Assembly (NCBI GenBank): GCA_001643675.2
Contig: LSRY02000028.1
Location: forward strand, 558,001-622,000
DNA from: Monocercomonoides exilis PA203
Lineage: Eukaryota; Protista; Preaxostyla
Direction of reading: 5' to 3'
DNA: 64,000 nt
The translations under genes were made by a program, and so were the position numbers. Positions 25,081 to 38,053 of this stretch are shown piece after piece. Position 1 is the stretch's first letter. Every line of letters begins with the position of its first letter. The notes beneath the pieces are model-generated. The model had not been told where the DNA came from and made no database searches. It worked only from the letters and a program-made list of their open reading frames with translations.

Positions 25081-25400
25081 AACGGAAAGACAGAATAATT
25101 ATGCTGAGAAATCGTATTGGTATTTATTGGAAATTTTAACGTAAAATTAATATTTGATTATTTATATAACAAGTCCATTCAAACATTTTTTAAATATATC
25201 ATTTAATAGAGATTGAAATAAAGAGAATTTTTATTATATTAATTTTATTAGTATATCTTTTTGTAGATTTTATTTTTTATTGTTTATATTTGATGAAAGC
25301 TTAATTGATAATAGAAAATGAACTTCTTATTTGTCACATCTCATTTTATTAAATTATCAGTGGAATGAAGAATATTTAAAAACAATAATTGAGAAAAAAT

Positions 25401-26297
25401 TCACATTCTTTGAAAATCAAAATTTACAAAAATGTGTAAAAACTTAATGAATGAGTTACAAGGGCTTCTTTTAAATGTGAAAACATTTAAATAATCTTGC
25501 ATATATTTTTGTCTCACACCGTATGGAGGAAGATATTTTCTGAGAAGGTTCCAAGTGCTTTCTATTCTTTGTGTGTGAGCCTTTGAAATGGGATCCACAA
25601 ATCTTTTTTTGTGATTGACAGTTGAATGAGTATATCCAGCTCCATTTAAATTATTATATCCCCTCCAACAATCCGTGTATATTTTTATTTTTTCCTTCAC
25701 ATAACTTTTGATTGTTTGATGTAATATTTCTCTTGATCTTTTCAAAACAGGAATTAAAAATAGATTGGATAATTGACCCTTTTTTTTAGGACGTTCAATT
25801 CCTCCAATGATCCAATTTTGCCTTTTTGTTCTTCCTCTATTGTATTTTCTTTTTGGAAATATTGCTTCATCAATTTCCACTTCAGTTCCTTTTCCTCCAA
25901 TAATTCGCGGATTTTCCATGTAAAATTTTGATATGCTCTTTCGGAAAGAATCATAAACATGCATCACAGAAATGTTTGATTTTCCACAAATGAAGCTGCA
26001 ATGTGTCTGAGAAATTCCGACCCAAAAACATAAAGCCATCAAACAAATATTACAAATTTTGAATCTGAATTTTTCAAAATTTGTATTTTTTGAAATTTTA
26101 ACTTGTTTATGTTTGCAACGAAAGCGACTTGTTTCATTTTCATAAACGTAGATTTTCATATTCTTTTAACACTTCCAACAATAGCGGTCTTTTTGTAATA
26201 TCTTATGATCCAAAAGCCAATCAATTGTTTCTTTTTCTGATCTAAATATTTGAAACAATTTTTTAAACTGCTTTTGATTTTCTGCTTTGGTTGGCAT
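25401..26297 (-). pseudogene. Merlin/IS1595-family DDE transposase, 298 codons with one in-frame TAA at 26166-26168
   Basis: MPTKAE..DWLLDHKILQKDRYCWKC*KNMKI..RFRC; VEIDEA..KRKYNRGR..WIIGGIER; IYTDCWRGY; HSTVNH..FVDP..HTQRIESTW. Confidence 0.9.
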
Positions 26298-26732
26298 AAT
26301 ATTTCAAATAGAGTGTTTAAAAAAAAATTTATTGAATTATTCAAGTTTTGATCTTCATATGTGAAAAAATAGAAATAAAAAGACAGTTAAGTGAAGTGAA
26401 ATCAACAAATAAAATACTGAAAGCACTTCGAAATAAAACAAGGAAAAATTACGAAGAATTATAAATCTCAAGATCTAATAAAGATTTAAAAATTATCTGG
26501 AATCGAATTACAAAAATAATTGATAAATTATGCTCTGCAAAGAACAATAAACAATTTGCAAAATATATAACTTTTAAAGTACAAGTTTAGTTCAACAACA
26601 CATATATAAACTAAATTTCAAAAAAATATTTGTCTCTCAATATAATATGCAAACATTTTCGTAAATACCTATCATTCTTTCATTTTCGATGCAACGTTCA
26701 TCGATTCTTCAAAGTCATCCGAGTTTCCTTTT

Positions 26733-26992
26733 ATCAGCCACTTTTGCTGCTTCCTTCTTCTTCTCAGCCACTTCTGCTGCTTCATTCATCTTCTCAGCCA
26801 CTTCTGCTGCTTCATTCATCTTCTCAGCCACTTCTGCTGCTTCATTCATCTTCTCAGCCACTTCTGCTGCTTCATTCATCTTCTCAGCCACTTCTGCTGC
26901 TTCATTCATCTTCTCAGCCACTTCTGCTGCTTCATTCATCTTCTCAGCCACTTCTGCTGCTTCATTCATCTTCTCAGCCACTTCTGCTGCTT
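26733..26992 (-). repeat. Same 30-bp minisatellite in the right arm, 7 perfect units plus 2 variants
   Basis: Read directly; ORF 26715-27020. Confidence 0.95.
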
Positions 26993-27760
26993 TATTCTTT
27001 TCCTCCTTTATCCTCTCCATCTATATTCTTCCAATTTATGCATTTTATCAGCTCTTCCAATTTTCTTATCGCATCTCTCACAAAATGCAGCTTATCCGCA
27101 ATCACTTTTTCCAAACTTTTGTCACTGTAAACTCGGTTTATTAAAAATACCCAAGCAGAGCGACAAGCAAGTCGTGTCAAATTGTTGAATTCTTGATGAC
27201 GCTTTATAATTTCTATAATTTCACTCAAATACAGTTCCTTTTTGATTGGCTGATAAAAAAATAAAATAAAAATTAAAAAAAAAAATCAAAAGAAAATAGA
27301 AAATTTCAAACGTAACGGAAAGTATTGATCAAAGTCAACAATGCCATTTCCACTTCTTTTTGTGTTTCCTCGCTTTCCTCTTTCTTCGCTGCAACTTTCA
27401 GAAGGCAACGGACACATATTGAAGCAAATTCTCTTGAAATATTCTCATGAAGCAAAAGAAAGCATTCACAAAGTCCAACAAGAAGATTTTCATTCTTTTC
27501 TTCTTTTTTTTCTTTTCTTCTTCAATTATCATCTTTACCAATCTTTTGAGCAAAGAGTTTTCTTCAAAGCTATCAGTCCATAAGTCTTGCAGCGCTTTGT
27601 AATATCCCATTTCCTTCAGCAAGCAGCAGCTTTCTACAACGTAATTTTCTTTCGTCAAACATTTTGTGCATTTTGTCGAACAATTCTTCTGGCAAAAACA
27701 GGAATTAATTCTTCTTAATGCGTTTCTTCGATTAACTCTTTCGTTTGTTCAAAGTTCGGT
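26992..27760 (-). pseudogene. Mirror copy of the multigene-family pseudogene in the right Merlin arm
   Basis: ORFs 26992-27228 and 27398-27658 are identical in translation to 24685-24921 and 24255-24515. Confidence 0.75.
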
Positions 27761-28545
27761 ATCATCTTAAATACAGCGCAACACTAAAGTTAAAAATATT
27801 GTATTTTAAACAAAAAAACGTAATATCGAGTATTTAATTTTCAAAATGAATAAAAGTTAATAATATTTAATAAGCTATCACACTTCCGTGATGCCAATTT
27901 CTTCACCTTTTTGTTTCGAGCAAAAGTGAAAGTGATTGAGTGAACGATCGAAATTAAGCAGCTAAAAACAAAATATTTTTAATAAAGATTGATAAAAACA
28001 AATAAACTACATAAACAAACACACAAGCAGCAGAATTTATCAATATTTGAAAGCTATATGTGGAGAAACAGAAAAACGCAAATGAAATCAATGATCTCAC
28101 CCATTATTTTTTTATTTTTAACATTTTTAAAACTGAACATGACAGACGAAGTTTCGCCAAATAACAATAATTTTAAAATAATTAGAAATAATGAGCTTTT
28201 CATTTACTATTTGAATTTTTGTTCAACTCGTCTGTCAACTAGATTATATCTCGCCATCTTTTTCAGTTTTTTGCTTTTTTGATTTTAAAAAAAAATTATA
28301 TTTATAAATATTTTCTGAAGACCAATTTTCGTTTGTTTTTATCATTTGGCATTAGCTTTAGCTGAAGCCAAAAAGTTGAACAAAATTTCAATAAGTGTAG
28401 ATCTTTTTCAAAAAGATTGAGTCATTTCGAATTGATTCTCTTCTGGGTTAACGATCATTGTTTTTTGAAAGTTTTTTATTTTCAAATTTTCTATTTGTTT
28501 TGCACAATATTTATCATTCCAAGAATATTTGAATTATTGTTTTAA

Positions 28546-31500
28546 CCCTGGGTGACGTGCTGACTTCTGACGGACCTTTTTGATTTTTGACGGACGTGGC
28601 AAATTTTTCCACGTCACAGAAAAAAAAAAAAAGAAAGGAAAATTATTTTTCTTAATTACCATCATTCAATTTTCACTGAAGCAAAAGCGGAAATCGGATT
28701 TTTCATTCGTCACAGACTTCACTGACGTCATTGACGTCACTTCCCTTCAATTATTCAAAAAATGCAAAAGAAAAAACAATACAACAAGACATACGACCCA
28801 AATCTCAACATTGTTATTTTTTCATTTTTTAATATTCAACAATCATAACTATTCGTTCTTCAGTTGAAACATTTGCCTTTTTTTCTTTAAAGATATAAAT
28901 AAAAGCAATATGAAAAGAATGAGAACTTGCATTGTTGTTTTCTTTCGTATGATAAATACAATGAGACTTAATGCAGAGTCTGAATTGTTTTTGAGTTATT
29001 TAATTTTAAATAATAATGCGCGTTCAAAGTTTTAATGTTAAACTAATATTTCTTTCGGAAACTGAACGAACATTTTCGATGAAATTTTTCGTAGGTTTTG
29101 TTGATTCATTGATATACAACATTGTTGCCGGATAAATTGACATTTGAGAAAGAAATTTAGCATTTTTTTCCTTTGTCGAAATGAAAAGAATAACTTTGTT
29201 CATATTTGACTTGAAATATTCAGATGTTAACCCAGAGATGATGAGAACTAAATGCATTTGAAAAAGAATAGCATTTTCAGTGGTTTATTATTTTTAAAGT
29301 TAACTGATGTTTGTTCGAGATGAGAAATGATCAAATTTTAAATATGAGTGAAACAGTGTGTTAATTTATTTGAAGTGTTACATATTTTTTCAACTGCATT
29401 TGCTGAATTGATATTTTTGTAATTGATCATGGATTTTTTCAAATTAAAAAGAACCTTCAGAAAGATTTGTTCACTCTTCTTCCACTTCTCGAAGTAATTG
29501 TCTTTAAAAAACTGCTCTTATTTTCCATCTCATTTCAAATATAATTGAGCATGTTTTAAGAAAGAATTGAAAGTTACAAAAAGATTTTTATATTCTTCTA
29601 AAAATAACTAAATAGCATGTGATGACGATTATTTTCTAAAATGACATTCCGGCTTTGTGAAGTGTTTTTCTTAAATAATCCAATTTGTTCATTATTTGAA
29701 AGAAGAAAAAAGATATTAATCGAATTGGTGAAAAAAAACTTCTCTTTCGTTGTTTTGTTTCATTTCGAAACATTTTTACTAAAAAAGATATGCTCACGTT
29801 TATTTAGCGAATGTTTGTCACCTATTTTGTGAAACGATTAAAAAAGAAAGACCTAATATCCAAAAATAGGAAAAAAAAGAAAATAATTTCTCAATCTTTC
29901 ACGAAACAATCAGAAATATTCAACGAGAATAAAAAAAGATTTGCTTTTTTTTTTGGAAATCCAATATTCAACAAAAGTTTGCGATTTCCTTTTCGTATTC
30001 AACTTCTTCCATCTTTTCAAGAACATCTCTTTTGATTATCTATTTTTTCACTTCTTTCGTTTCTTCATTCTCCTCTTCTTTCAATGACCTTGAAAAAAAA
30101 TCAAAAAAAAATGCTTTGAAATATTATTGCAATATCTATTGTTGATTGACTAACCTGTTTCAAATTAGCTTCAGCTGTTCCACTTTGCAATAAATCATCC
30201 ATTTCCACAACTTCATTTTCTATTGCATATCGAATAATATGATGCATTGATCGCTTATTCCTCTTTGTTAATTATTTGCTGCTCCAAATAAACTAATAAT
30301 GCTTATAATCAATATGGTAATATATTTGTTCTTTAATTGCAAAAAAATTACGTCATAAGAATTTTTTGAAGCAACCTCCTTATTATATACACTTTTTTTC
30401 TCTTCTCCATTTTCATCTTCATTTCTTTCCCAATTTTCAATTTTTGTCAACTTTTCCAGTTCCTTTATTGCCTCTATGATTAAATGCGACCAATCATGCA
30501 CAAGTTCTTTCAATCCTTGTTCAGCGACAATCCTCCCCATTACAATCATCCTAGAGAACTAAAAAAACAAGATGAGTTAGATTGTTGCGATTCTGATGAT
30601 GTTTAATGATTTTTTGAATTTCATTTATGTTACGAAATTCTATCTCCTCTTTCTAATTAAAAAGAAAGATATAAATAAATGAAGCAAAAAATTCAAATAA
30701 TCAATCAATAAATAAATCACATTCCCTTATGTTCAATTCCGTTAATAGTTATCAAAAAATTTAAACTTTTTTGTGCTTCTTTGCTTTTCTCTTTCTTTGA
30801 GTCAATCTTTTGAAGGCAAATCACATTAATCGAAAGCAATTCCTCTGAAATGAATCATTCAATTAGCAACGCAAAGCATTTGTGAAGTTCAACAAAGAGT
30901 CTTTCATCATTTGCTTCCTGCTTCGCTTTTTCGCCAACATTTGCTTCTGAAATTTACTTATACAGTGAAGAATAAAGAAAACTTCCGAATCTTTATTCTA
31001 TTAAATGTTGAGAATGCTTTAAATGCTGCAACAACATAATGTATTTATCCAAAGATATTTTCTTTTTTCAATCATATTTGTCAGATCAACAACAAATTTT
31101 GTTGAAAAAAACTGATTCATATATTTGAAAATTCATTCCACTCACTTGCTTATTTATTTCAAGGCTTTTTTGGATTTGCACTTTCTCATTTCATTCTTTT
31201 AACTAATTAAAAAATTCCTTTTAAAGAAGAAAATGATACGAACAAAAACTTGTAACAAATTGCAATTGCACATCATAGCATTTATTATTTTCTATTGCTT
31301 GCATATAAGAAAAGCGTTACGTTCAGAAGCAGCTGCGTAAGAATATTAATAAGAAATATACCAATGCTAAGATGAAAGGAAATGGTTTAAATTTTAAAAT
31401 ATGTATTATTAATAAATACATTATTTCTAGAAACGCATTCTCATAACGCAATTATTGCCTTGAAAGTGAAAGAGCATTTTGTTTTGTTTCCTTAATTATG

Positions 31501-31732
31501 TTATGATGGGACAAATTGATCAAAAAGACATCATCGAAATAAGATAATAAAAATTAAAATCTAATAATCTGTATATTCACATATATATGTTTTTAAATAA
31601 TATTTCTTATAATTTTTTTATTTTATTTTTATTTTATTTTATTTATTTATTAATTTATTAATTTTTTTTATTTTTTTAAAGTGGAAAATTGGCGACGGAC
31701 GTAAAGAGCTTTTCCCTTCACGTCACCCAGGC
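28546..31732. mobile_element. Non-autonomous piggyBac-like element
   Basis: TTAA|CCCTGGGTGACGTG on the left and CACGTCACCCAGGC|TTAC on the right (one mismatch in the TIR, one in the TSD). Subterminal inverted motif AATTTTTCCAC/GTGGAAAATT. No transposase seen. Confidence 0.65.
29990..31280 (-). pseudogene. Heavily decayed multigene-family copy inside the piggyBac-like element
   Basis: Fragments LKELVHDWSHLIIEAIKELEKLTKIENWERNEDE, ERLFVELHKCFA and CLQKIDSKKEKSKEAQK resemble the 38513-39834 family. Confidence 0.55.
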
Positions 31733-33213
31733 TTACATTGTTTATTCGATTTAGCTGAAAAATGCGAAATATTCAAGAAGAAATTTTCGCAAAATTCAAT
31801 ACTAAACATTAATAACTATTCAAACAATAAAAACACTAAATCATTGGATAAATCTCATTCTTTTGATTTTTCTTAACTGAATTGAAGTTTCACAATGGAA
31901 TGATAACAACAGATTAAAAAAATAAAAAACAAGAAAATAAAGTCAAAAAAAATTCATTGAAAAACATAAATATGCTTCATCGTTCAAATTTTAGCTTTTT
32001 TCATAAGTATTTTGTTTTTATTCAACGAAAACGATCAAACAAAAACTGCTTTTCATTAAAAAACAAATCAAAAACAATAATCAAATGACATGAACATTTT
32101 TCATTAGAAATCGAATGAAAATAATGAAAGAATATGAGTGGACTTAACATTGATAGTTGCAAAATACTGCAAAATATTCGCTGGACATTGTTAAAGGTAT
32201 TATAACAATAAAAACAATTCCAAGAAATTTGCACCTATTAACATTGATTGATGAGAAAACATATAAAGAATATATAGAAAATGATAGAATAAATAGTCCA
32301 TTTCAAAATAGATAAAAACATACAATTTGTTCACTGGAAACAAAGCAAACTTAGAAATTAATGATCAAAGTTGGTATATGTGTGATTATTTTTGAAATAA
32401 TAATTTTTCGAAAAATATTTTCGGATTGATAATTTTGTTTTGAATTTTAGTTAATGAGCACAGAAAAGTGATAACTCCAACAAAAACATTTCTGTCTCTC
32501 TTTCACATCAAACATTTGCTTTTGATATTGTTGAATAAATTTTCATATTTCAATGATAAATTTATTTTCGATGATTATGAATATTCGTAATAAACAACAC
32601 TCCGAAAATAGTTATGATTTCAAAAATAATCACCTGTTTATCCTTTTAAGAATTGATCAAATAATAGATTGACTTATTTTCAAAATGATTGAGTCATTTG
32701 CAATAAGTTGAATAAAATTCAGAATGATCACTTCTATCGAAATGATTAAATAATTCTCAAATAGGTCTTGTCTGTACCAAAAAAAATGTTGATCTGTACG
32801 TTTTTAATGTTGATCATACCTCAAGTTGAAAATTTTATTTATTCAATTATTGATTGGGGTATTATTAGTTGTTTTTTTGTTTTCGCTTCAATTTTCATAT
32901 ATATGCCTTTTAATTTAACAAACAACAAAAATGAGTAAGAGCGTATGGATTGAATACACTTGTTATCTGATTATTCTTTTAATTTTTATTATTGTCACTG
33001 TCAAAGTATTTTAACACCTCATTTTTTCTTCTTGTTAAGCGTTTTGCAAATTGCAAGGACAAAAGCGAGGGTATAATTCAAGTGTTCAGGTTCAAATTGA
33101 TCCGACCCACCATTGTTTTTTTAGGGTTATTTTTAACTCGGTTTTTTCGATTGATTGCTGATTTAGGGATAGGGTTAGCAATAAAAGATTAATAAAAAAG
33201 TGAACACCATGGG

Positions 33214-33288
33214 GGTGCGATAATGGTCTAGTAATTGGTTGAAATCCGACCATTGTGCTAGGGTCTGGGTTCAATTCCCGCTAGACAC
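33214..33288 (+). pseudogene. Degenerate tRNA-like sequence (possible tRNA-His GUG pseudogene or SINE head)
   Basis: A-box-like TGGTCTAGT..TGGT, T-arm GGG-TTCAATT-CCC, loop TTGTGCT, downstream T-run. Acceptor and anticodon stems pair poorly. Confidence 0.45.
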
Positions 33289-33848
33289 TTCTTATTTTTT
33301 GCAAATTTTTATTTGAATTTTTGGTTCCAACTCTCTTGAATCTAACCAAAGCGAGGAGTTACGTAGAATTTCATTTTTATGAACTTTCGAACCTTTGGCC
33401 CATGATAAAATAACTGTTTGTGTCAGAAATAACAAAAGAAATAATGTTTGCTGAGGTTTGTTGTTTTTTAATGTCGATTACACGCAATTAACGAATACTC
33501 CTTTATGTTTCATCAGTTAGAGAAAAATGATTGACTGTCATTGAGATATTTTGAACTTTTCATTTTTTACATTGTTTAAAAATGCCATCAGTTCCTATTT
33601 TTATTTTTCATTGGTTTGTATCATTTTAATGCTTATCACCAACAAATCTGTTACCTTTTATATATTTTCTTCATCAATCATATAAACATGCTGAACATTT
33701 TCATTTATCACTCATCCTTCTGATTATATTTGTTTCAGAAAAATACGAAAAAAAACATGTTGAAATGAATAAGATTTCTATTATTTATTTTTGAAAAAAA
33801 AGTCAACAACCATTTAACGAAATGAAAAAAACATTCACAAGTTTTTTC

Positions 33849-36752
33849 GGCGAGATATAATCTTGTTGACAGACGATTTGAGCTAAAATACATATAATAA
33901 ATGAAAAGCGCTCTTTTTCTGATAACTAAAAAATTGAAATTATTTGGCGAAACTTTGTCTGTCATGTTCAGTTTTAAAAATGCCAAAAATAAAAAAATAA
34001 TGGGCATGATCACTGAATAAATTTGTTCTTACGCATATTTCCGCATATTGCAAACTAACGTTGATGAACTCAGTAACATCCTTTTTGTTTTTTTTGTTAG
34101 TGTGTGCATCGATCAAGTTTGAACTCTGATTTTGTTTTTAATGTTTGAATCATGTGTAATTTATTAATCAACTTTTGATTGGAAGCACACAAGCATAAGA
34201 TAAAATCAAGCACATAAGCATTAGATAAAATCAAACACATTCAATTATGAAAAAATATTGGCGCTAAGTTTGAGTCTTTGATTTCAAATATTGAATTTTC
34301 GAAATTTTAATAATAATTAGTTGAAAACAATTTATAACGATTTATATTGCTCCCTGTAAATTGTAAACATTCAATCGAATGTACTGGCAGAATTTTGAAT
34401 TATTTGAATGAAAAGAAACGGTGAAAAAGCAACATGTTTGAACAATTCAATGAAATGTGAAAGAGATGTTGAAAATCAGCTGCCATTGGTTCATAAGCTT
34501 CTTTCATTGGAACAAATATTATGTTTCATTACGCTGAAATGGACTCAACATTAACGCTCTGAATGATCATCAAGAAACATTTATATTTTGAAGATAACTG
34601 TAGATGAGATGAATAAAGAGCGAAACAAAAAATATTTAATTTATTTCATAGAATGCATAATTTGTTTTTCGAGAATTATCTTCCAAACAGATAACTGCAT
34701 TCAAAAATGCTCCATTCCACATCTTCTTCTGATTTAGAAGAAAATGAGGAAATGCAAAAGAAAGGCGTTGTTTTTCATATTTGAATTGAACCACCCTGAA
34801 AATTTGTGTGAATGATCGTTGCACTTCTTTTCTTGTTAGAATATCCTTGTATCCAAAGCAAATTCATAGAAATACAAATGAGAAATTGATGTCATGACAA
34901 AAAAGATGCTGAAACAGAGAAGAAGTCGAAAGCAGTCGTTTTGTTGAAATTTTTTTATCACTTTATTCAATTCAATTTTTCGCTTTTCTTCGAAAGTTTA
35001 CTCAAGCAAGTTAATTTATCGTTGTGAATTTATACCTGATATTTTATTTAACTCTATTTTGTTTTGTTTTAAAACAAGATCTGATGTGAAAAAAATATAA
35101 AAATAAACGGTCTTCACAAAATTTAGAGTGATTCCGAAAAAAACCAGGTAATATAATAGATAAAAAAGTTTGTCGATGAGGGAAAAAGCCGACGTAGAAA
35201 CCTGGAGTTTGTTTTGTTTACAGTCCACTTCTTTTTTTTTAATTAAAACAATGAAATCTGATAGTGCATTTTTTTATCATTTCCCTGTCTATTTTCTTGC
35301 ATGCATCTCTTCATCTTTTTTATTTAAACATCCCAGTTTTCTTTTTTATTCTCTTTAACAATAGATAGATGAAAATCATTGAAAAACGTAATATGGATAT
35401 CAATTTGTTTGAATATTATATTTAACAAAATAATATCCTCCTCTTCATCTTCAACAACATTTCCTTTCTTCCAGTCTCTTCAACTGTACAAAACACTCTC
35501 ATTATGCTTCCAACTCACATTCAAATTTCTTCATTTTTGTTTTGATGATAGATAAAATAAAATTCAAAAACTTTTCTTCATCAATAATTACTCTTGCTTC
35601 TTTCCTTTCCTTTCCTTTCTATTTAGCTTTCAACTTTTTTCATTTTCCAATAAACGCATTCTCTCAGCTCTTCCAGTTCTCTTATTGTCTCTCTCATAAA
35701 ATAAAGCTCATTTGAAAGAACTTCTTCCAAACTTCTATCCAAAAAAAAAATTCTTTTTATCATGAGCATTCAAGAAGTCTGATAGGTAAATCGAGTCAAA
35801 TTGCGATGTTCTTGCAGACACTGGATGGTTTCTTTGATCTCGTTCATAAACAGTTCATGCTCTATTTCCTTATTAAATAAGAAAGAAAATCAAAAACGTT
35901 AATAATAAAATTTAAATGTTGAAACATATTGTTAGACGACGCAATTCAGCGCTTAAAGTGCCATTTCCACTTCTTTTTGAGCTTCCTCGTTTTCCTCTTT
36001 CATCAATGCAACTAACAGCAGACAAAGCACACCAGTTGATATCGGCGTTGTGAAAACTCATGAAAAAACAAAAGATTTGATTTGGAAAAATCTTTTACCA
36101 ATTTTTCAATCTTTCCTTCGTACTTTTTGGCTTCTTTAATAAAATTCTCTTCTTTAATCACTTTGTTCATAATATTGTCTTTTTTCTGCTCCAATTAAAA
36201 TATCTCGCGATATCATTCGCAATTTCTCGTGAATTCAACAAGGCACATGCTTTCAGACAATTCAACTTCCTGTTTTTAAATAATAAATTAAAGAAATTGA
36301 TTTGATCAATTATTTCTTGAAAAGATAAAATCAAACCAGTATTTAATCGAAACACAAATTCTGATGAGAACATTTCAAGCCATTGAAAAACATATATCAA
36401 CTAATTTTCCAAAATATTATCTTTCTTTAAGATAAAAACATGCTTTGATAATTTCTACACTATTCAACATTAATTACACTGTATATCAAAATAAATGAAT
36501 AAAATTTAACATGGAATTTGCAAGCTACCGAGTTCATCAACGTTAGTTTGCAATATGCGGAAATATGCGTAAGAACAAATTTATTCAGTGATCATGCCCA
36601 TTATTTTTTTATTTTTGGCATTTTTAAAACTGAACATGACAGACAAAGTTTCGCCAAATAATTTCAATTTTTTAGTTATCAGAAAAAGAGCGCTTTTCAT
36701 TTATTATATGTATTTTAGCTCAAATCGTCTGTCAACAAGATTGTATCTCGCC
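33849..36752. mobile_element. Non-autonomous Merlin-type element, ~225-bp TIRs, perfect 8-bp TSD GTTTTTTC
   Basis: TIRs 33849-~34075 and ~36526-36752 begin GGCGAGATA(T/C)AATC, related to the 23658 element. TSD copies at 33841-33848 and 36753-36760. Confidence 0.9.
35500..36400 (-). pseudogene. Decayed multigene-family copy inside the Merlin-type element; a more decayed + strand remnant may lie at ~34450-35050
   Basis: ENEEAQKEVEMAL, ELFMNEIKETIQCLQEHRNLTRFTY, NELYFMRETIRELEEL. Confidence 0.65.
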
Positions 36753-36815
36753 GTTTTTTCTTTCCAAAACTTGAGGCCAGATAACATTTTCGACATGAGA
36801 AATTGTTCTTCTGAC

Positions 36816-38053
36816 CTATCTTGGAGAAACTTCTTTGAAAGTTTGAAGAGGAGTGAAAATGAAGTGGTTTTCAACTTCCCAACAAAGAGATTGTTCCTCC
36901 ACTCTCTTTTTCCAAAAACCGAAGACATTATCAATCGGATTCAGAATTGGGGAATAGGCTGCATTGAATGTAATTTGATGGCCAGCCTCCTTCACAATTT
37001 CATCTGTGTGAATGTGATGAATTGTTACGTTATCTGGGACAATAACAGAAGAATCATTTTCTTTGATTGAAAGAAGAATATTTTTGATGTTGGCCTCAAA
37101 TAACTCATGGTTAACTGTTCCTCGCACAATTTCTGTGTTGCCCATTCCTTTTGTTGATATTGACGTGATAGCTGTCAAACGTTGATGAATAGGAGGAGGC
37201 GGAATCAACATCTTTTCACACCTTTGTGACCATCCATATTTCCGAATGCATTCATTATTCCAGGACGTTTCGTCAATGTGGAATATCATAGCTCCATTTC
37301 TTTGATATTCGAAAAGCTTTTCCACAAAAGCAATTCGAATTGATTTATTTTCCTCTGTATTTCCGGATGAAAATCTGACTGTTATTCTTTTTAATGAAAA
37401 TTGTGGATATTTCTGAATATTTTCGTTTTTTTCTGTAAGCATGCAATGAATCGTTGTTCTTCCTATTGTTCTTCTTGTCATTGACATCTCTTTTGACAAT
37501 TTCCTTAAAGTCGTTAGAAGATCTTTTAGAAGTTTTTCTCTGACAATCTCGTTGAATTGTTGATTGGATGCAATTTGGTTTCTTCCTTTTTGATTTAACG
37601 GAAAGGAAATGTCAGTTCCGCTTTGCAATTTTGCGAGACATATTGATGATGTTATTGTCGTCAATGCTCATTCGCTTGTATCCATGATTCTGATTTTTCT
37701 TGACCAAATTTCCTGCAAAGAGAAGCAAGTTTCATTCTTTTATCCAGAGTTGCAGGCGTGTTAGAATTTTTCTTTTTTTTGTTCTCCACAAAATTCCACA
37801 TCTCACAGCTCCTCAATTTTTTTTCTCTCTCTTCTTTTTCCTTTATTTGAGCTTTCATCCGTATCATTTGGTGAAGATGTTCTTCAAAAGGATGAATCAC
37901 AGGGCAAATGATCTGTTCAACTCTATATTCGGACAGAGGAGGCACAGCTCTTGATAATTGTTCTTTTTTCCTTTTTTTCGCGCATCCAGAAAGAAAATAT
38001 TGTCTTCGTTCATTATTCTTTGATCTGTATTTTTTAGAATCGGGATTTTTCAA
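36816..38053 (-). pseudogene. Tc1/IS630-family transposase, frameshifted
   Basis: IFHIDETSW..YGWS, RLTAITSIS, VIVPDNVTIHH, YSPILNPIDNVFGFWK. The upstream ORF 37661-38053 is in another frame. Confidence 0.85.

Larger units (their letters stand above)
23658..28255. mobile_element. Merlin/IS1595-type DNA transposon with ~1.4-kb inverted arms and a central transposase
   Basis: Arms 23658-~25060 and ~26760-28255 are reverse complements (mirror ORFs translate identically) and start GGCGAGATATAATC. The flanks share ATCTT. Confidence 0.88.

Noticed and set aside
32380-32640. Short imperfect inverted repeat as a MITE
   Set aside because: Very AT-rich, no clear termini or TSD.
23628-36800. Four similar short ORFs (23628-23924, 27989-28282, 33735-34013, 36588-37070) as a gene family
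   Set aside because: They are incidental translations of the Merlin TIR and run out into different flanks.
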